Part shown: positions 12,301 to 24,990 of the stretch, one piece after another
How positions within the stretch are numbered: position 1 is the stretch's first letter
How the letters are laid out: each line of letters begins with the position of its first letter
DNA from: Raja brachyura
Lineage: Eukaryota
DNA length: 64,000 nt
Assembly: GCA_963514005.1 (NCBI GenBank)
Contig: OY740821.1
Span: 14,942,001-15,006,000, forward strand
Reading direction: 5' to 3'
Position numbers and translations under genes: made by a program
The notes under the pieces: generated by a model
Told to the model about the DNA's origin: nothing
The model's database searches: none
The model's input: only the letters and a program-made list of their open reading frames with translations

Positions 12301-14747
12301 AGATTTCCAGCACAATGTCATGGAGCCTTTACGAGTTGGCCCGGCACCCGGATATTCAAGCAGCCCTGCACCGGGAAATAAGAGAGACAATTGGCGACAA
12401 ACCCATCCCTTCAGCTGCTGACGTGGCAAAGATTCCGCTTTTGAAAGCTGTTGTGAAGGAAATACTGAGGTGAGCAGGTGAGAGTGGGTGTAGCTACCTG
12501 GCAGCTGTGGGTGGCTTCACAAAGTTGATTTCCTCGCCTGTCACCTCCGTCCCCATTATCTCCTTGTCCGTCACCTTTTTGGCATTTTCTCCTCTGATCT
12601 CCCCATGTTCTGAGATTGGAGGAGAGGTGAGCTGGTGGCACAGTGTTGCGGGATGTGTTGCACCTCTCCTTTCCTTTCCCCCCCAACCTTCGATATCATA
12701 ACTGAAAGCTGAAACACATGTGTAATGTACCATTTCTGCACTTTCTAGGCTTTACCCTGTAATACCAGGTAATGCCCGTGTGATTCCAGATAAGGATATC
12801 CAAATTGGAGAATACATCATTCCGCAAAATGTAAGTGCAGAGATTCTTAAGATTCTTTTCATTAAACCCCCCCCCCCCCCCTGCAGTGGCTTTGGAGTGT
12901 TTTACTATATCTACTTCTAACTAGTTGATTCAAATAGTATGTTTTAAGAAAACACCAAATTGTCAGAAGCAGAAAATGTGCAGGTAATCTCAACAGTAAA
13001 CTAGAACAACGCCTTGTATTCTGTGTGGGGAACATCCCTCCAGCGTTCACTCACGGCCTGCTGCCAAGTACACCCTTGCATTCTGTGACAGGCCCCAGCC
13101 CTTACATTTGTGTCAGTGACAGTCAGATTGGAGTTCTTCTGAAGGCCTGGCTTTGGAAGCCACTTATAGGACAGTGGCAGCAGTGACCCATGAGTATTTC
13201 TCTTCCTCAGTTGGGTAATTAAGGCCCGAGTCTGGAAGAGTGACACTCTGTGGAGTTGAAGAGCTGTCAGTTGCTACTCAAAAATGAGCAGTCAGATGGC
13301 CCAATCTCATTCTACAAGAGCTCTTCATATACCTAAATGCAGCTTTTACCATTTCAAATCCCTTTAAGCGTTCTATTATGCATGGAGAAGACTATGTAAT
13401 ATAGTTGATGAGAAAAGTGATTGTGACATTGAGCAGCAACTTGTCACTCAGACACTCAAAGTTTTCTCTGAGCACCCTGGTTTGGTTGGTTAACCTTGAA
13501 GTTATGTCCTCTATGAGTGAGGTAGGATTTTCCGACTCGGGTCTGGTTCTGATAAAGTCCTGCTGGTTCTGACACTCTCTGTCCTTCTGCCCAGACTCTA
13601 ATCACTCTGTGTCACTACGCAACCTCACGAGACAAAGAGGTCTTCCCCAACCCTGACTCATTCCAGCCAATGCGATGGCTTCACAAGGACAACAATTTCC
13701 ATCCTTACGCCTCCATCCCCTTCGGCTTCGGGAAGCGAAGCTGTATCGGAAGAAGAATCGCAGAGTTGGAGGTCTACCTGGCTCTGGCAAGAGTAAGTTG
13801 GATTTGAACTCTGTGGTGAATGTAGGCTCTGCTCGGCATGAGGGAGGGTAGCGTGATGGTCGAGAAGCAGAAAGTGCGAGTTTAAATCCCACTTTGAAAA
13901 CTGGGAATTTAAAGTCAGTTCCTTAAATAAAAAGTCAGTATCAGTGCCAGTGACCATGAGTCTACCAGCCTTATTTTGAAACGGAAAAGCAATCATGAGA
14001 CAGATTTGCTGTACTTGGCTTGTCTGGCTTTTATGTGACTCCTGACCCATAGTCTGTTACATGGGGATAGGAGGAGGCTATTCAACCCATCCCTCTGTCC
14101 TGTCACACCACTCGGTCAGACTGCAGCCTCTCTGCCTCTGAGCCCATTTTCCCTCGGTAATTATACAAGGAAAACCCATCCATCTCAGTCGTGAGGAGGG
14201 AGAATTCCAGATTGTCCCAAATCTCTGTGTGAGGAAAAAGCTCTGGCTTCAATTTTAACTTTGTGGCCCTTGTTCTGGACTCTTTCTCCAACCAGAGGAA
14301 TAGTCATTGTAAATGTTTGATAGTGTCTTCATGATTCAATAACACTTTATTGTCATATGTACCTGGGTGCAGTGAAATGTTCGGTTTTGCATACAACCCG
14401 GTAAAATCATACAGCAGGCCTCACCTAGGCAGTACACAGGAGTAGCCACATTTCTGGCATCGACAAAGTTACAAAAGTTCTCCAAACAGTTCTATCTCTG
14501 CTTGCCGCCGCACGTGGCAGTGTGCTAACCCTTGAAATGCCGGTACGGCTATGACAAATGCAAGGTCCTGACGGCTGTGCAGAATCCCCCCTGGATGAAC
14601 AACACCGAGCCTGACATGCCATTTCCTTTTCAGATCCTAACCAACTTTGACGTGAGACAGGATATCAAAGGCAGCGTCGTAAAACCCATGACCAGAACTG
14701 TGCTGGTGCCAGAGCAGCAGATCAATCTTCAGTTTATTGACAGATGA
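6346..14747 (+). CDS. CYP27B1: 25-hydroxyvitamin D 1-alpha-hydroxylase, mitochondrial cytochrome P450 27B1 (9 exons, 499 aa)
   Basis: Exons 6346-6531, 8559-8749, 9343-9539, 10370-10570, 11297-11460, 12303-12469, 12749-12830, 13595-13792, 14634-14747; all GT-AG, 1500 nt in frame. Motifs: RLHELQ, I-helix [10 protein letters not shown]-helix [18 protein letters not shown], heme loop [11 protein letters not shown]. Synteny with METTL1/TSFM/AVIL supports 27B1 rather than 27A1 or 27C1. Confidence 0.95.
7945..8430 (+). mobile_element. CR1-type LINE 3' fragment in CYP27B1 intron 1
   Basis: Typical CR1 3' sequence (GAGTCTAGGACAAGAGGGCAC...AGGAATTTCTTTAGCCAG...GGTGAATCTGTG...TCAAAGGTTACGGGGAGA), followed directly by a Penelope-derived fragment (8430-8525). 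Confidence 0.7.
10752..11020 (-). mobile_element. tRNA-derived SINE (HE1/V-SINE-like)
   Basis: Reverse-complement similarity to the SINE at 5551-5822. Confidence 0.7.
11905..12085. repeat. Degenerate tandem repeat (CACTCCC..GACAGTGCAG-like units)
   Basis: Repeated imperfect units of about 30 nt; a related array lies at 18935-19045. Confidence 0.5.
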
Positions 14748-16133
14748 ACGGGTGTACAGTGAACAGCTCCAGTACCACGATGAGAGAACCCAAACCTGCT
14801 GATCCCAGCTTTACCTCTGGCCAACAAGATTTTTTCTGGGACTTTACCAAGTGCTGTTTGAAGGTCCTTAAAGCAGCTACAGACATTCCCCTGGCTCACC
14901 ACCACTTAAAAAAAAACTTTATCAGCTTTGCCAAATCTGAACAGCTTGGTGTTCAGTCAATCACTCCAGACATGATTGCGGACTCCAGTAACTTCCCCAA
15001 CAGTGTATTGGTCTGCAGTTTTCTCCTTTCCCTCTCTCACCTTCCTTAAACAGAGTGAATGCATAATTGTCCAACCTGAAGAAATGGTGTGGTTCCGTAA
15101 TCAAGAGAGCTTTGGAAAATCATAGGTCATTTCCCCATAGGGTGGAAGTGTCAAGGACTAGCGGGTGTAACTTTAAGGTTAGAGGAACAAAGTTTTTAGG
15201 AGATGCGGGGGGGGATGTCTTTTACAGAGGGTGCCTGGAATGTGCTGCTTGGAGTGGTGGAGGCAGATACGATAGCCGTGTTTAAGTTGCTTTTAGATAG
15301 GCACATGGATATGCAGGGAATAGTGGGATATGGATCACATACAGGCAGTGGAGATTTGTTTATCTAGGCATCATATTTGGTAAATGGATTAGTTAAGATA
15401 ATGCAGGCATTTTTGCCTGCAAATGCTCCTGAACTCCAGGAACCTGAAATGAAACGGCAGAAGTGGTGATCTCGGAAAAGCAAAGACGGACACATTACCA
15501 GAGGCTAAAGACAAGGTGGTGAATAAAACCACTGAATGTATTGGTACATACAGCTTTTTCTATTAAAGCACTTTCTTACACAGTTCGAGCAGTGGTGAAA
15601 ATTCACCCGAATTAAGAAAGAGAAACAGATTTCAGGATGCCCCAATGTGTTTTGCAGGGAGTGCTGTGGCTGTAGTCACTGTTGTGATACAGGTATGTGG
15701 TCAGTGCTGAATTCCTGTCAATTTTGTATCTCCTCTTCACTGATGGCCTTCATTTATTTTCTACATTTTGGAGTTCAGCTCTGAGCAACTCATCAAGATT
15801 TTTTCTATTGGTCTTTGTTGGTAATGATCATTATTTTGAAAATTCTGCTCTTTTTGGTATTTGTATTGGTAACAGATTAAATAAATTGTGTCAATTCATT
15901 ATCTTTTTGCAGTGTGGCTGTTCACTAATAACAAAAATGTTTTATCTGGAGTGGATGTGATTGGGATGCAGGTTGCCGTGTTCATCCATCTCCGTCATTG
16001 CACCCTCGGTGCTTCTCCCCCGGCGAAGGCATCACTCACTTTGCTCCAGTCTATGCCTTAAAACGCCATGCATGAACGATCCCCCATTAATGGTGATGTT
16101 CTTCAAGGCACCCTCTGTAGATACTTAGATCTA

Positions 16134-17923
16134 AGGACTTCTGCTCCAAGCTGGAGGATGAGATGGATGTTCAGCAACTGTGGCAGGGCTTGAATGCCAT
16201 CACCTCTTACAAGGCGAAATCAGGAGGCAGATCAATTGTCAGAGAAGCATCCCTCCCTGACGAGCTCAATGCGTTTTACGCACGCTTTGATAGGAGAACA
16301 CTGACGTGCCTTCCTGAGCCCCATTCGCCGTGATGGTATTTCGGTCACAGCCACAGAGGCCGACGTCAGAAGATCCTTTAGCGGGGTGAACCCTCGGAAA
16401 GCGCCTAGACCTGATGGTATATCCAGCTGTGTTCTAAAAACCTGTGCGGACCAACTGGCTGGAGTTTTAACGGATATTTTCAACCTCTCACTTCTGAGGT
16501 TCCCACCTGCTTTAAAAGGGCATCAATAGTACCGGTGCCCAAGAAGAGCAAGGTGACGTGCCTCAATGACTATCGACCAGTGGCACTAACGTCTGTGGTG
16601 ATGAAGTGCTTTGAGAGGTTGATTATGGCGCATATCAACTCCTACCTCGACAAGATCCTCGACCCACTGCAAATCGCTTACCGCCACAACAGATCAACGG
16701 TGGATGCGATCTCACTGGTCTCCACTCCGCTCTGGACCACTTGGACAACAGAAACTCATATGTCAGGCTGTTATTCATTGACTACAGCTCGGCATTTAAC
16801 ACCATCATCCCCTCCAAGCTGGTTACCAAGCGCTCAGATCTGGGTCTCTGTGCATCCTTCTGCAATTGGATCCCCGACTTCCTCATCGATAGACCACAGT
16901 CTGTTCGTATTGGTGGAAATGTGCCATCCTCGATAACAATCAGCACGGGAGCACCCCAAGGTAGTGTGCTCAGCCCCCTGCTGTACTCACTCTATACTGA
17001 TGACTGCGTAGCCGGACATAGTGCGAACTCCATCATCAAGTTCGCCGACGACACCACTGTTGTGGGACGAATCACTGATGGTGACGAGTCAGAGTATAGA
17101 AATGAGATTGACCGATTGACCAAATGGTGCCAGCACAATAACCTGGCTCTCAACACCAGCAAAATCAAGGAACTGATTGTGGACTTTGGAAGGGGTAGGA
17201 TAGGGACCCACAATCCCGTTTATATCAACGGTACGATAGTGGAAAGGGTCAAGAACTTCAAATTCCTGGGCGTGCATATTTCCAAAGATCTTTCCTAGTC
17301 CCAGCACACTGATGCAATTATAAAGAAAGCACATCAGCGCCTCTACTTCCTGAGAAGATTACGGAGAGTCGGTATGTCAAAGAGGACTCTCTCGAACTTC
17401 TACAGGTGCACAGTAGAGGGCATGCTGACTAGTTGCATCGTGGCTTGGTTCGGCAACTTGAGCGTCCAGGAGCGGAAAAGAGTGCAGAAAGTTGTGACCA
17501 CTGCCCAGTCCATCATCGGTTCTGACCTCCCCACCATCGAAGGGATCTATCGCAGTTGCTGCCTCAAAAAGGCTGTCAACATCATCAAGGAGCCACACCA
17601 TCCTGGCCACACACTCATATCTCCGCTGCAATCAGGTAGAAGTTACAGGAGCCTGAAATCTGGTACATCCAGGTTCAGGAACAGCTTCTTCCCCACAGCC
17701 AACAGGCTATTAAACTCGCCATCAAACAAACTCTGAACTATAACAGCCTATTGCACTTTATCTGTTTATTTATGTGTGTCTATATATGGTCTATACTATA
17801 TAGACACACTGAACTGTTCTGTATTTATGCTTACAATACTCTGTTGTGCTGCAGCAAGCAAGAATTTCATTGTCCTATCTGGGACATATGACAATAAACT
17901 CTCTTGACTTGACTCTTGACTTG
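16134..17923 (+). mobile_element. 5'-truncated Rex1/Babar-like LINE with disrupted reverse transcriptase
   Basis: RT peptides [63 protein letters not shown] split over ORFs 16535-16936, 16741-17298 and 17374-17736 (frameshift and stops); 3' end AATAAA plus (CTTGA)n-type tail at about 17894-17923. Confidence 0.9.
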
Positions 17924-18559
17924 ATCCCTAGTAAATAGTGACAACTCCTCAGGCAATCCTGTAACTACTAGCACGTACACAATGAGCGCTGTCTCATACA
18001 CACACACACTGGAATACAACTCCTTACCAATATGAACACATTTCTGGCCAGGACTCACAGTAAATGCTGACACTTGCCCTGGAGAGTCACTTTAAGTACA
18101 GACGACCTCTTGGCAGCAAACATCTGTGAATGCCAACGCACTCACTATGCACCATGTTAATACTGATGCAATCCTGTGGATACCCTGTGAACATCAACAG
18201 TCTTGGAGGCCCCTGTAAACGCTGGCAACACTCAGGGCAAGATGGAGCGAATGTTGCATCTTTGGAGGTGTCATCTTTCAGAGAGGTTGGTCACCAATGT
18301 CAATGCCATCCTCTCAACTGAATATGGTGATGCAGGCCAACAACATGAAGACGATTGGGAGAACTCGCCATGTCTGTAATTTATCCTTCAATCGGCATCT
18401 CGGCACTGGTTATCTTGTTCCTGGACCATTGGGCAGAAACTGGAGCATGATTTCAGAAACACGTTCAACTTGAATCCTGGCTGCTGGGAAATTTGAATTC
18501 AATAATCTGGGATCAGTTTAAAAAGCAGTTTCATGAAGAGAACTTTAAATACGATAAAA

Positions 18560-18848
18560 CTTTACTTATCCCAGGAGGAAAATTAATCTACCAACAGTCT
18601 GCCATAAAAACACAAAATACATGAAACATGAAATTAAAGCGACGAGTGGAAAGGATTAAGGATGTGCAGATTGGGGGGGAGGGGGCAGTCTCAGTCTCAC
18701 CCACTACAGAATGGGGAGAGTTGTGCAGTTTGATGGCCACAGGGAAGAAGGATCTCCTGTGGCGTTCTGTGCAGCATCTTGGTGGAACCATTCTGTTGTT
18801 GAAGGTGCTCCTCAGGTTGATCAGTGTGTCATGGAGAGGGTGAGCTGT
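18560..18848 (-). mobile_element. Rex1-like LINE 3' fragment
   Basis: Minus-strand peptide PPRCCTERHRRSFFPVAIKLHNS resembles the ORF C-terminus of the 16134-17923 element (TSRFRNSFFPTANRLLNS). Confidence 0.6.
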
Positions 18849-19102
18849 AGAGCTACAGGATTGTTGTAAAAACTCATCTGGGTCACAAATACTCCTCAGG
18901 GGATGAAATCAGCACTGCCCGTCCTGTGGCATGGCATTCCCTCAGTACTGCCCCTCTCATAGTGCGGCGCTCCCTCTTCACCTCCCCTCCCACAGTGCGG
19001 ACCTCCATCAGTACTACCCCTCCCACAGCACATTGCCCCTCCTGTAGTGGGGATTTCTTTTGATCCTGTGCTAACAGTATTGGCCATGTTTCTTCATCCA
19101 GA

Positions 19103-19260
19103 AGGTAGACAGAAATGCTGGAGAAACTCAGCGGGTGAGGCAGCATCTATGGCGCAAAGGAAATAGGCAATGTTTCGGGTCGAAACCCTTCTTCAGACAA
19201 GTTTCTCCAGCATTTTTGTCTACCTTCGATTTTCCAGCATCTGCAGTTCCTTCTTAAACA
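19103..19260. mobile_element. Penelope-derived element with inverted halves
   Basis: Two opposed copies of the terminal segment; hammerhead-like motif on the minus strand (about 19168-19198); 14-bp TSD TTTCTTCATCCAGA (19089-19102, 19261-19274). Confidence 0.8.
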
Positions 19261-20349
19261 TTTCTTCATCCAGATATGTTTTATTGCTCACTGAACTTTT
19301 ATGGTTCTACTGACTCAGAATATTGTGTCATCAGCACATGCTGCGTGGACAAAGGGCAGGTGGGTTAGAGTGTCTGGACACCTCATGTTCACATGCTGAT
19401 CTAACGGAGAGCAATGTCCTGCTGTGACCTGCTATTGGTCAGAGGTGTCCTAGGTATTGCTGTTTGTTTTCCAGCTGCCACGTGGACACTTTTTTTCATG
19501 TTGTGTTTTTTTCCTGTTTTCTCTGGTGGTAAACAGAACTAACTCTGGAGCCAAGGTGTGGAGTCAGCCAACTGGGCTGGAGTCAAAGGTCTCCTTCCAA
19601 CTGAACAAACAAACACCTCTTCAACTGCAGCGTACCTGCCAGACCAGCCACACAGGGAATGCTGATGGTGGCACCAAACCATCGGTATGTTTGTTCTGAG
19701 GCGGTCCCGGCTAGTTTTCCTAATCCCTCCCATCTCCTGCTGTACCGTGGTTACCCATCCCCTTCCTGAATCTCTATCCATCTGTTAGGAGCCTTTGTGC
19801 CTGGATTGAATGCACTATTTTAACAGAGATGCACCCACACACACCTGCATATACGCACTGCAGTACAAAGTGTACACAGTGTTAGTGAGGTGTGCAGGGT
19901 GTATCAGAGTTTATACACATGAAGGATGTGGGATCATCAGGTTATACAGCACAGATACAAGCCCTTCATCCCAACTCATTGCTGTTGACCTAAGTGCCTT
20001 CCTGTGCCTGTGTTTGCTCCATATTCCTCTAAATCTTTCCTGTCCATTTACCTGTCCAAATGTTGTTTAAATACTATATTTTTACCAGCCTCAACTACCT
20101 CCTCTGGTGTTTAAGAAGGAACTGCAGATGCTGGAAAATCAAAGGTAGACAAAAATGCTGGAGAAACTCAGCGGGTGCGGCAGCATCGATGGAGCAAAGG
20201 AAATAGGCAACATTTCGGTCTGAAGAAGGGTTTTGGCCCAAAATGTTGCCTATTTCCTTCCCTGAAGTAACTTCACGGCGAAAACATTTACGTGCAAGTG
20301 AAAAAGAAAAGTTGAACAGCCCCACCCTGAGGGGAAAAATAGAAAAGCT

Positions 20350-20610
20350 GCAGCTTGGCGCCTCTCCCTTTACATCTGAAGTGGGCGGGACAATGTGAGG
20401 ACACGTGGTCTGGCGATGCGTCAGTCAAACCTGACAGCAGGCGGACGAGTGACAGCGGCGCTGGCCAATCGCGAGAGGGATTTGTGTCCTGGGAGCGTCA
20501 AGTTAGGTTGCGCCTCGAGTCCCGCCCCTTGGCGCCGAGTCAGCGGCCGCGGGACGACGTTAAAGCTCTTGTCTGTCAGGAGTGAGAGCAGTATGGACGG
20601 AAGAGTGACT
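20350..20610 (+). promoter_or_regulatory. CpG-rich housekeeping-type promoter, probably of EEF1AKMT3
   Basis: Dense CpG; GC boxes GGGCGGG (20383-20389) and CCCGCCCC (20521-20528), E-box CACGTG (20402-20407), CCAAT (20465-20469), TCGCGAGA (20469-20476), ETS-like CGGAAG (20598-20603). The next recognisable exon is 21789-22010. Confidence 0.6.
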
Positions 20611-20820
20611 GGTTCTGTTAATGTAAAGCTAATGACAGAAACAAAAAGTGCTGCCTGTCCCGCTGAGTTACTCCATCTATTTGTGTGAAGTACATATTCG
20701 TTGTAAACCAGCATCTGCAGTTCTTTCCTACACAAAATAACTGAGTTCACGGTTCAGATCGGATACAAACTTTACAAGTTACAAAGAATGGGGTGTAGTG
20801 GAAGAAAATAAGGAAGACTG

Positions 20821-21150
20821 TTAAAGAAGGAACTGCAGATGCTGGAGAATTGAGGGTTACACAAAAAGCTGGAGAAACTCAGCGGGTGCAGCAGCATCTA
20901 AGGAGTGAAGGAGATAGGCGACGTTTCGGGTCGAGACCCTTCTTGATCAACTAACCTAACTTTTAGGTCTTCAGGAATTGTTCTGGGTGCCTTCGAAGAG
21001 AGGCGGATGAATGCTTTTTAACTGCAAAAGACACAAAATGCTTGAGTAGCTCAGCACAATTCCGCAGAGAAGGAACGTCGCCTATCTCCTTCACTCCTTA
21101 GATGCTGCTGCACCCGCTGAGTTTCTCCAGCCTTTTGTGTACTCTCCAGA
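20821..21150. mobile_element. Inverted pair of Penelope-derived short elements
   Basis: About 20857-20926 and 21074-21141 are near-perfect reverse complements; 20854-20944 is identical to 24991-25081. Confidence 0.75.
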
Positions 21151-21635
21151 GATGCTGCCTGCCTGACCCACTGAGTTACTCAACCACTTTGTGACCTTCA
21201 GTGTATTAATCAGTATCTGCGGTTCTTTATTTGCGTTTTAATTACAGTCTGGATGAGAATTAAAAAATCATGCTGGAGTTGTGAGATTCAGGCCACAGGT
21301 GGGACTGCAGGAAATACCCAGCAGGTCGGGCAGTAACTGTGGCGAGAGAAAGAAACTAAATCATGTTAAAAGTGAATTACGTAACCCACGTTGGCCAGTT
21401 CTGATGCAAACAGAAAGGATGGTTATCTAAAATTGTTGAATTCACCTAGTTAAGTTCCGAGGGCTGCTATGTTCTTCAATGGAAAATGAGACACTCTTCC
21501 TCAGTTTAGGCTGGGCTTTGTTGGAATAATGGAGGAGGCCAAATATCGGGATGGGATCAGATGGAGAATTAAAATGTTTTCTGCTTGCATTTTGGGTCAG
21601 CTGACATTTCCGAAAATGTCTTTCTCCCCTTCAAA

Positions 21636-21751
21636 GAAAGACACAAACAGCTGGAGTAACTCAGCGGGACAGGCAGCATCTCTGGAGAGAAGGAATGGGT
21701 GACGTTTTGGGGCTTCGATTTAAACCAGCATCTGCAGTTCCTTCTTACACA
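21636..21751. mobile_element. Penelope-derived short element
   Basis: Family sequence with a 15-bp TSD TTTCTCCCCTTCAAA (21621-21635, 21752-21766), just upstream of the acceptor at 21787-21788. Confidence 0.75.
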
Positions 21752-21860
21752 TTTCTCCCCTTCAAATTGGTTTATCTTTTCACCCCAGGGGAAAACGTGC
21801 CCAACGTCGGGAACAAGTTAATTTGGCAGAGCTGGTGGAGATTGGAAATCCAGCGGCAAA

Positions 21861-22010
21861 ATGATGGAACAGCATCTATGCAGTGCCTTTCCCAAGGACG
21901 ATGATCTGTTTGCAGACTATTACATGGAGGAGAGCACGTACGAGTTTTGTGGATATGTTGCAAAGATCACCCAGAAGTTCAGCGCTGACCTGGGTTCAGT
22001 CTGGGAATCT
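21861..22010 (+). pseudogene. EEF1AKMT3: EEF1A lysine methyltransferase 3 (METTL21B) first coding exon; remaining exons absent or decayed
   Basis: MMEQHLCSAFPKDDDLFADYYMEESTYEFCGYVAKITQKFSADLGSVWES followed by GTAAGT aligns with the recalled human exon 1 ([44 protein letters not shown]), with about 3 residues missing before VW. Acceptor at 21787-21788 and an in-frame upstream stop. No intact SAM-binding or C-terminal exon was found before TSFM. The position is syntenic. Confidence 0.72.
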
Positions 22011-24085
22011 GTAAGTGTAGTGGCCTGAAAATAGATGACGCTGAGAGAAAGAACTCCTTTTTCAACTGCTCTATCCACCCTACTGTGCTGCTGTATTGGC
22101 TCATTTTCTCTCTCTGAGCCAGAAGGCTTCATGTATACGTCCCGCTCTGTGCCTCGAGCAAATAAATACAGGCAGGCAGTACCATGAGAGTGCACATGTT
22201 CAAATCTGGAGCAACAAACAATCTAATGTTAGACACACATTCCTTCTACTGGGCTATCTGACCAGCTGAGTTCCTCCAGCAGATTTATTATACGAAGAGC
22301 CTGCCGCACTGGTCTCTCAGATGTGGGATGTCCTCTCTGTTTGCCTATGCATGTGCATCCCACATGACTATTTGAATGAAAGGGGCCACAATTCCTCCTT
22401 TTTTCCTAACCAACCCACTCCAATATTTTGTTTGTGGCTTCCTGTGACAGGCAAATGTTGCCACAGCATTTGCCTATGTAACAGGAGGAGCTGCACTCGA
22501 GGGTACGTCGTTGTGAAGCTTTATGGGCAAATTAAGAACATGAGCAGATGGTATGCAAATATAATAACTAGGAACTGCGGATGCTGGTTTATACCAAATA
22601 TAGACACATAATGCTGGAGTGACTCAGCGGGTCCGGCAGCATCTCCGGAGAACATGAATGGCTGATGTTTACCAACCATGCTCAGTCCTGCCCCTCCTCT
22701 CTCCCAGATTTCTTCCCCCCACCCTACAATCAGTCTGAAGAAGTGTCCCAACCCAAAACATTACCTGTCCACGTTCCCCAGAGATGCTGCCTGACCCACT
22801 GAGTTACACCAGCACTTTGTGTCTGTCTTTAGTTTGCAAATGTACTTTCGTTTTGCGACACACCTGCTGAAACTTCAGTTAATTCCAAACTGAACTGGCT
22901 GATGGAAGGTCAGTCTGGCAATAGCTGCTCCCATTAATCATCCCTTCTTCTCACATGGAGGTGTTTGAACATACGCGGTGACTAGAGGTAGCACGCTCGC
23001 CTTTAACTCCTTGGGTTGTAAGTTCAACCACTACAGATCTTCAATCACTTTCAAAGCTGCCTTCATTCAAATGGTGCATTAAATTGAGGGCCACCCTCGT
23101 ACTCTCTCCAGTAGAACTAAAAAGATCCACACTATGGATGCTGAAATGCTCATAGAAAGAGAAACAGGCAATCTCCATAGAGAGAGAAACAGTTAACATT
23201 ACTGTTGAGGCATGAGACTCTGTGGAGACCCAGCATTTTTGGTTTTTAGTCCAGGGATGAACTTGGTTCAGGAGCTATTCAGTAGGCTATCTGGCGCAGG
23301 GTTAACGGAATAAATGGCCTCCTTCTACATCATATAGATGTATATAGAAATCCAGCCTCTTTGTTTCAGGCAAATTGAATAACTTTGTTTGAGCAGTGAG
23401 GTAGCACTTGGAGAGGGAGTTGGAGACCAGCTACCTGCCACAGCTGTGTGAACAAGCAGCCAGCTGAATCAATATGTTTGAATGACCTGGATATTTATTC
23501 AGCTTACTCACACAGTCGTGCACCAGTGAAGACTAATGTAGCTTCCCCCCAAACCAGCACTGGCAGTGCAGCAGAATATTAAAAAAAACCTGTCAACAGT
23601 AACTAAAAAAACGTTTTCCCTTGCTCGGGTGCCAACATGCATTGAGGGACCTATCCATTTGCCTTAGATGCCCTCCAAAGTGTCGACCATGGATTTAAGA
23701 GAGAGTTAGATAGAGCTCTAGGGGCTAGTGGAGTCAAGGGATATGTGGAGAAGGCAGGCACGGGTTATTGATTAGGGACGATCAGCCATGATCACAATGA
23801 CCCGACACAATGACACAACGTCACACATCAACCCGGCACAGACCTATTTGCACTTTATACTATTTTAACTTTTTTTTTAAATCGTGTTTCTCTGGGTGTC
23901 TACATTTTTAGCTAATTAAGTTATTACATCGGATGGAAGCTGCATACCAAATCTCGTTGTAGCTCTGTGCAATTACACTAAAATATATTATTATTATTAT
24001 TATTATCAATGGCGGTGCTGGCTCGAAGGGCCAAATAGCCTCCTCCTGCACCTATTTTCTATGTTTCTATGACCAACAATCTTAA

Positions 24086-24218
24086 ATGTGTAGGAAGGAA
24101 CTGCAGATGCTGGTTTACACTGAAGATAGACACAAAATGCTGGAGTAACTCAGCGGGGACAGGCAGGTTCTCTGGACAAAGCGAATGGGTGACGTTTCGT
24201 GTTGAGACCCTTCTTCTG
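24086..24218 (-). mobile_element. Penelope-derived short element
   Basis: Family sequence; 10-bp TSD ACAATCTTAA (24076-24085, 24219-24228). Confidence 0.7.
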
Positions 24219-24760
24219 ACAATCTTAACATGTAGGCAATGTGAATCAGGCTGTTTGACCATAGGGGCAATCAGAGCTGAGCTTGAAGCTTGTCAATGAC
24301 CAGGAGCAGGGGCTCTTCGTTGCTTTCTACTCTTTCCCCCGTCACCACCCCACAACCCAGAGTCTTAAGCCAACTCTAGTATTCCCATTGCTGCTTGGGG
24401 TGATTTTCTAGGGCAATGTAGTGCAATTAGACTTGTCTCCAAAGGTTAGAGGAATGAGGAAATAACAGTGATAGCGAGATATGAAGGGATTTGAAAGCAA
24501 GGAACGGTAAATAATTATGGATAAGGAACTAAAATGAATGTTTTGTTAAACTGTGAGATGTTGGTGGAGGGGAGAAGCTGGCTTGGACACCAAAAGTATT
24601 AAAATAGCCTTGTTAGGTTGTTTTGCATCCAGTTGCACAGAGAAATGGGTTTCCTAGAATCTCCATAGAAAGATGCAGGCGAGGTTATGAGCTCAAATTC
24701 CAAGACATGTTGAATTAGTGGCAAGAATGGTGTTCGCCCAGCTTAGCTGAAAAAGAAAAA

Positions 24761-24915
24761 ATATATATACACACACACACACACATATATATATACTATA
24801 TATACTCACATATACATATACAAAATTAAATAAACACATTATATATATATATACACACACACATATATATATATATGTACATGTATAATATATATATACA
24901 TATATGTATATATGT
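24761..24915. repeat. Compound (TA)n/(CA)n microsatellite
   Basis: Alternating AT and CA dinucleotide runs visible directly. Confidence 0.9.
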
Positions 24916-24990
24916 GATAGACACAAAAAGGTGCAGTAACTCAGCGGGACGCATGTGCACGCATGTATCAGAGGGGAAATGTTTTTTCTG

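Noticed and set aside
15700-16130. Possible minus-strand exon or L1-like remnant after CYP27B1
   Set aside because: All frames hit stops quickly and there is no convincing motif.
18146-19695. Two AG-GT bounded minus-strand segments (about 18146-18212 and 19636-19695) as exons of a hidden gene
   Set aside because: The translations resemble nothing I recognise, and such boundaries arise by chance; needs RNA-seq.
22451-22502. AG-GT bounded open segment (ANVATAFAYVTGGAALE) as EEF1AKMT3 exon 2
   Set aside because: No SAM-binding motif and no similarity to METTL21-family exon 2.
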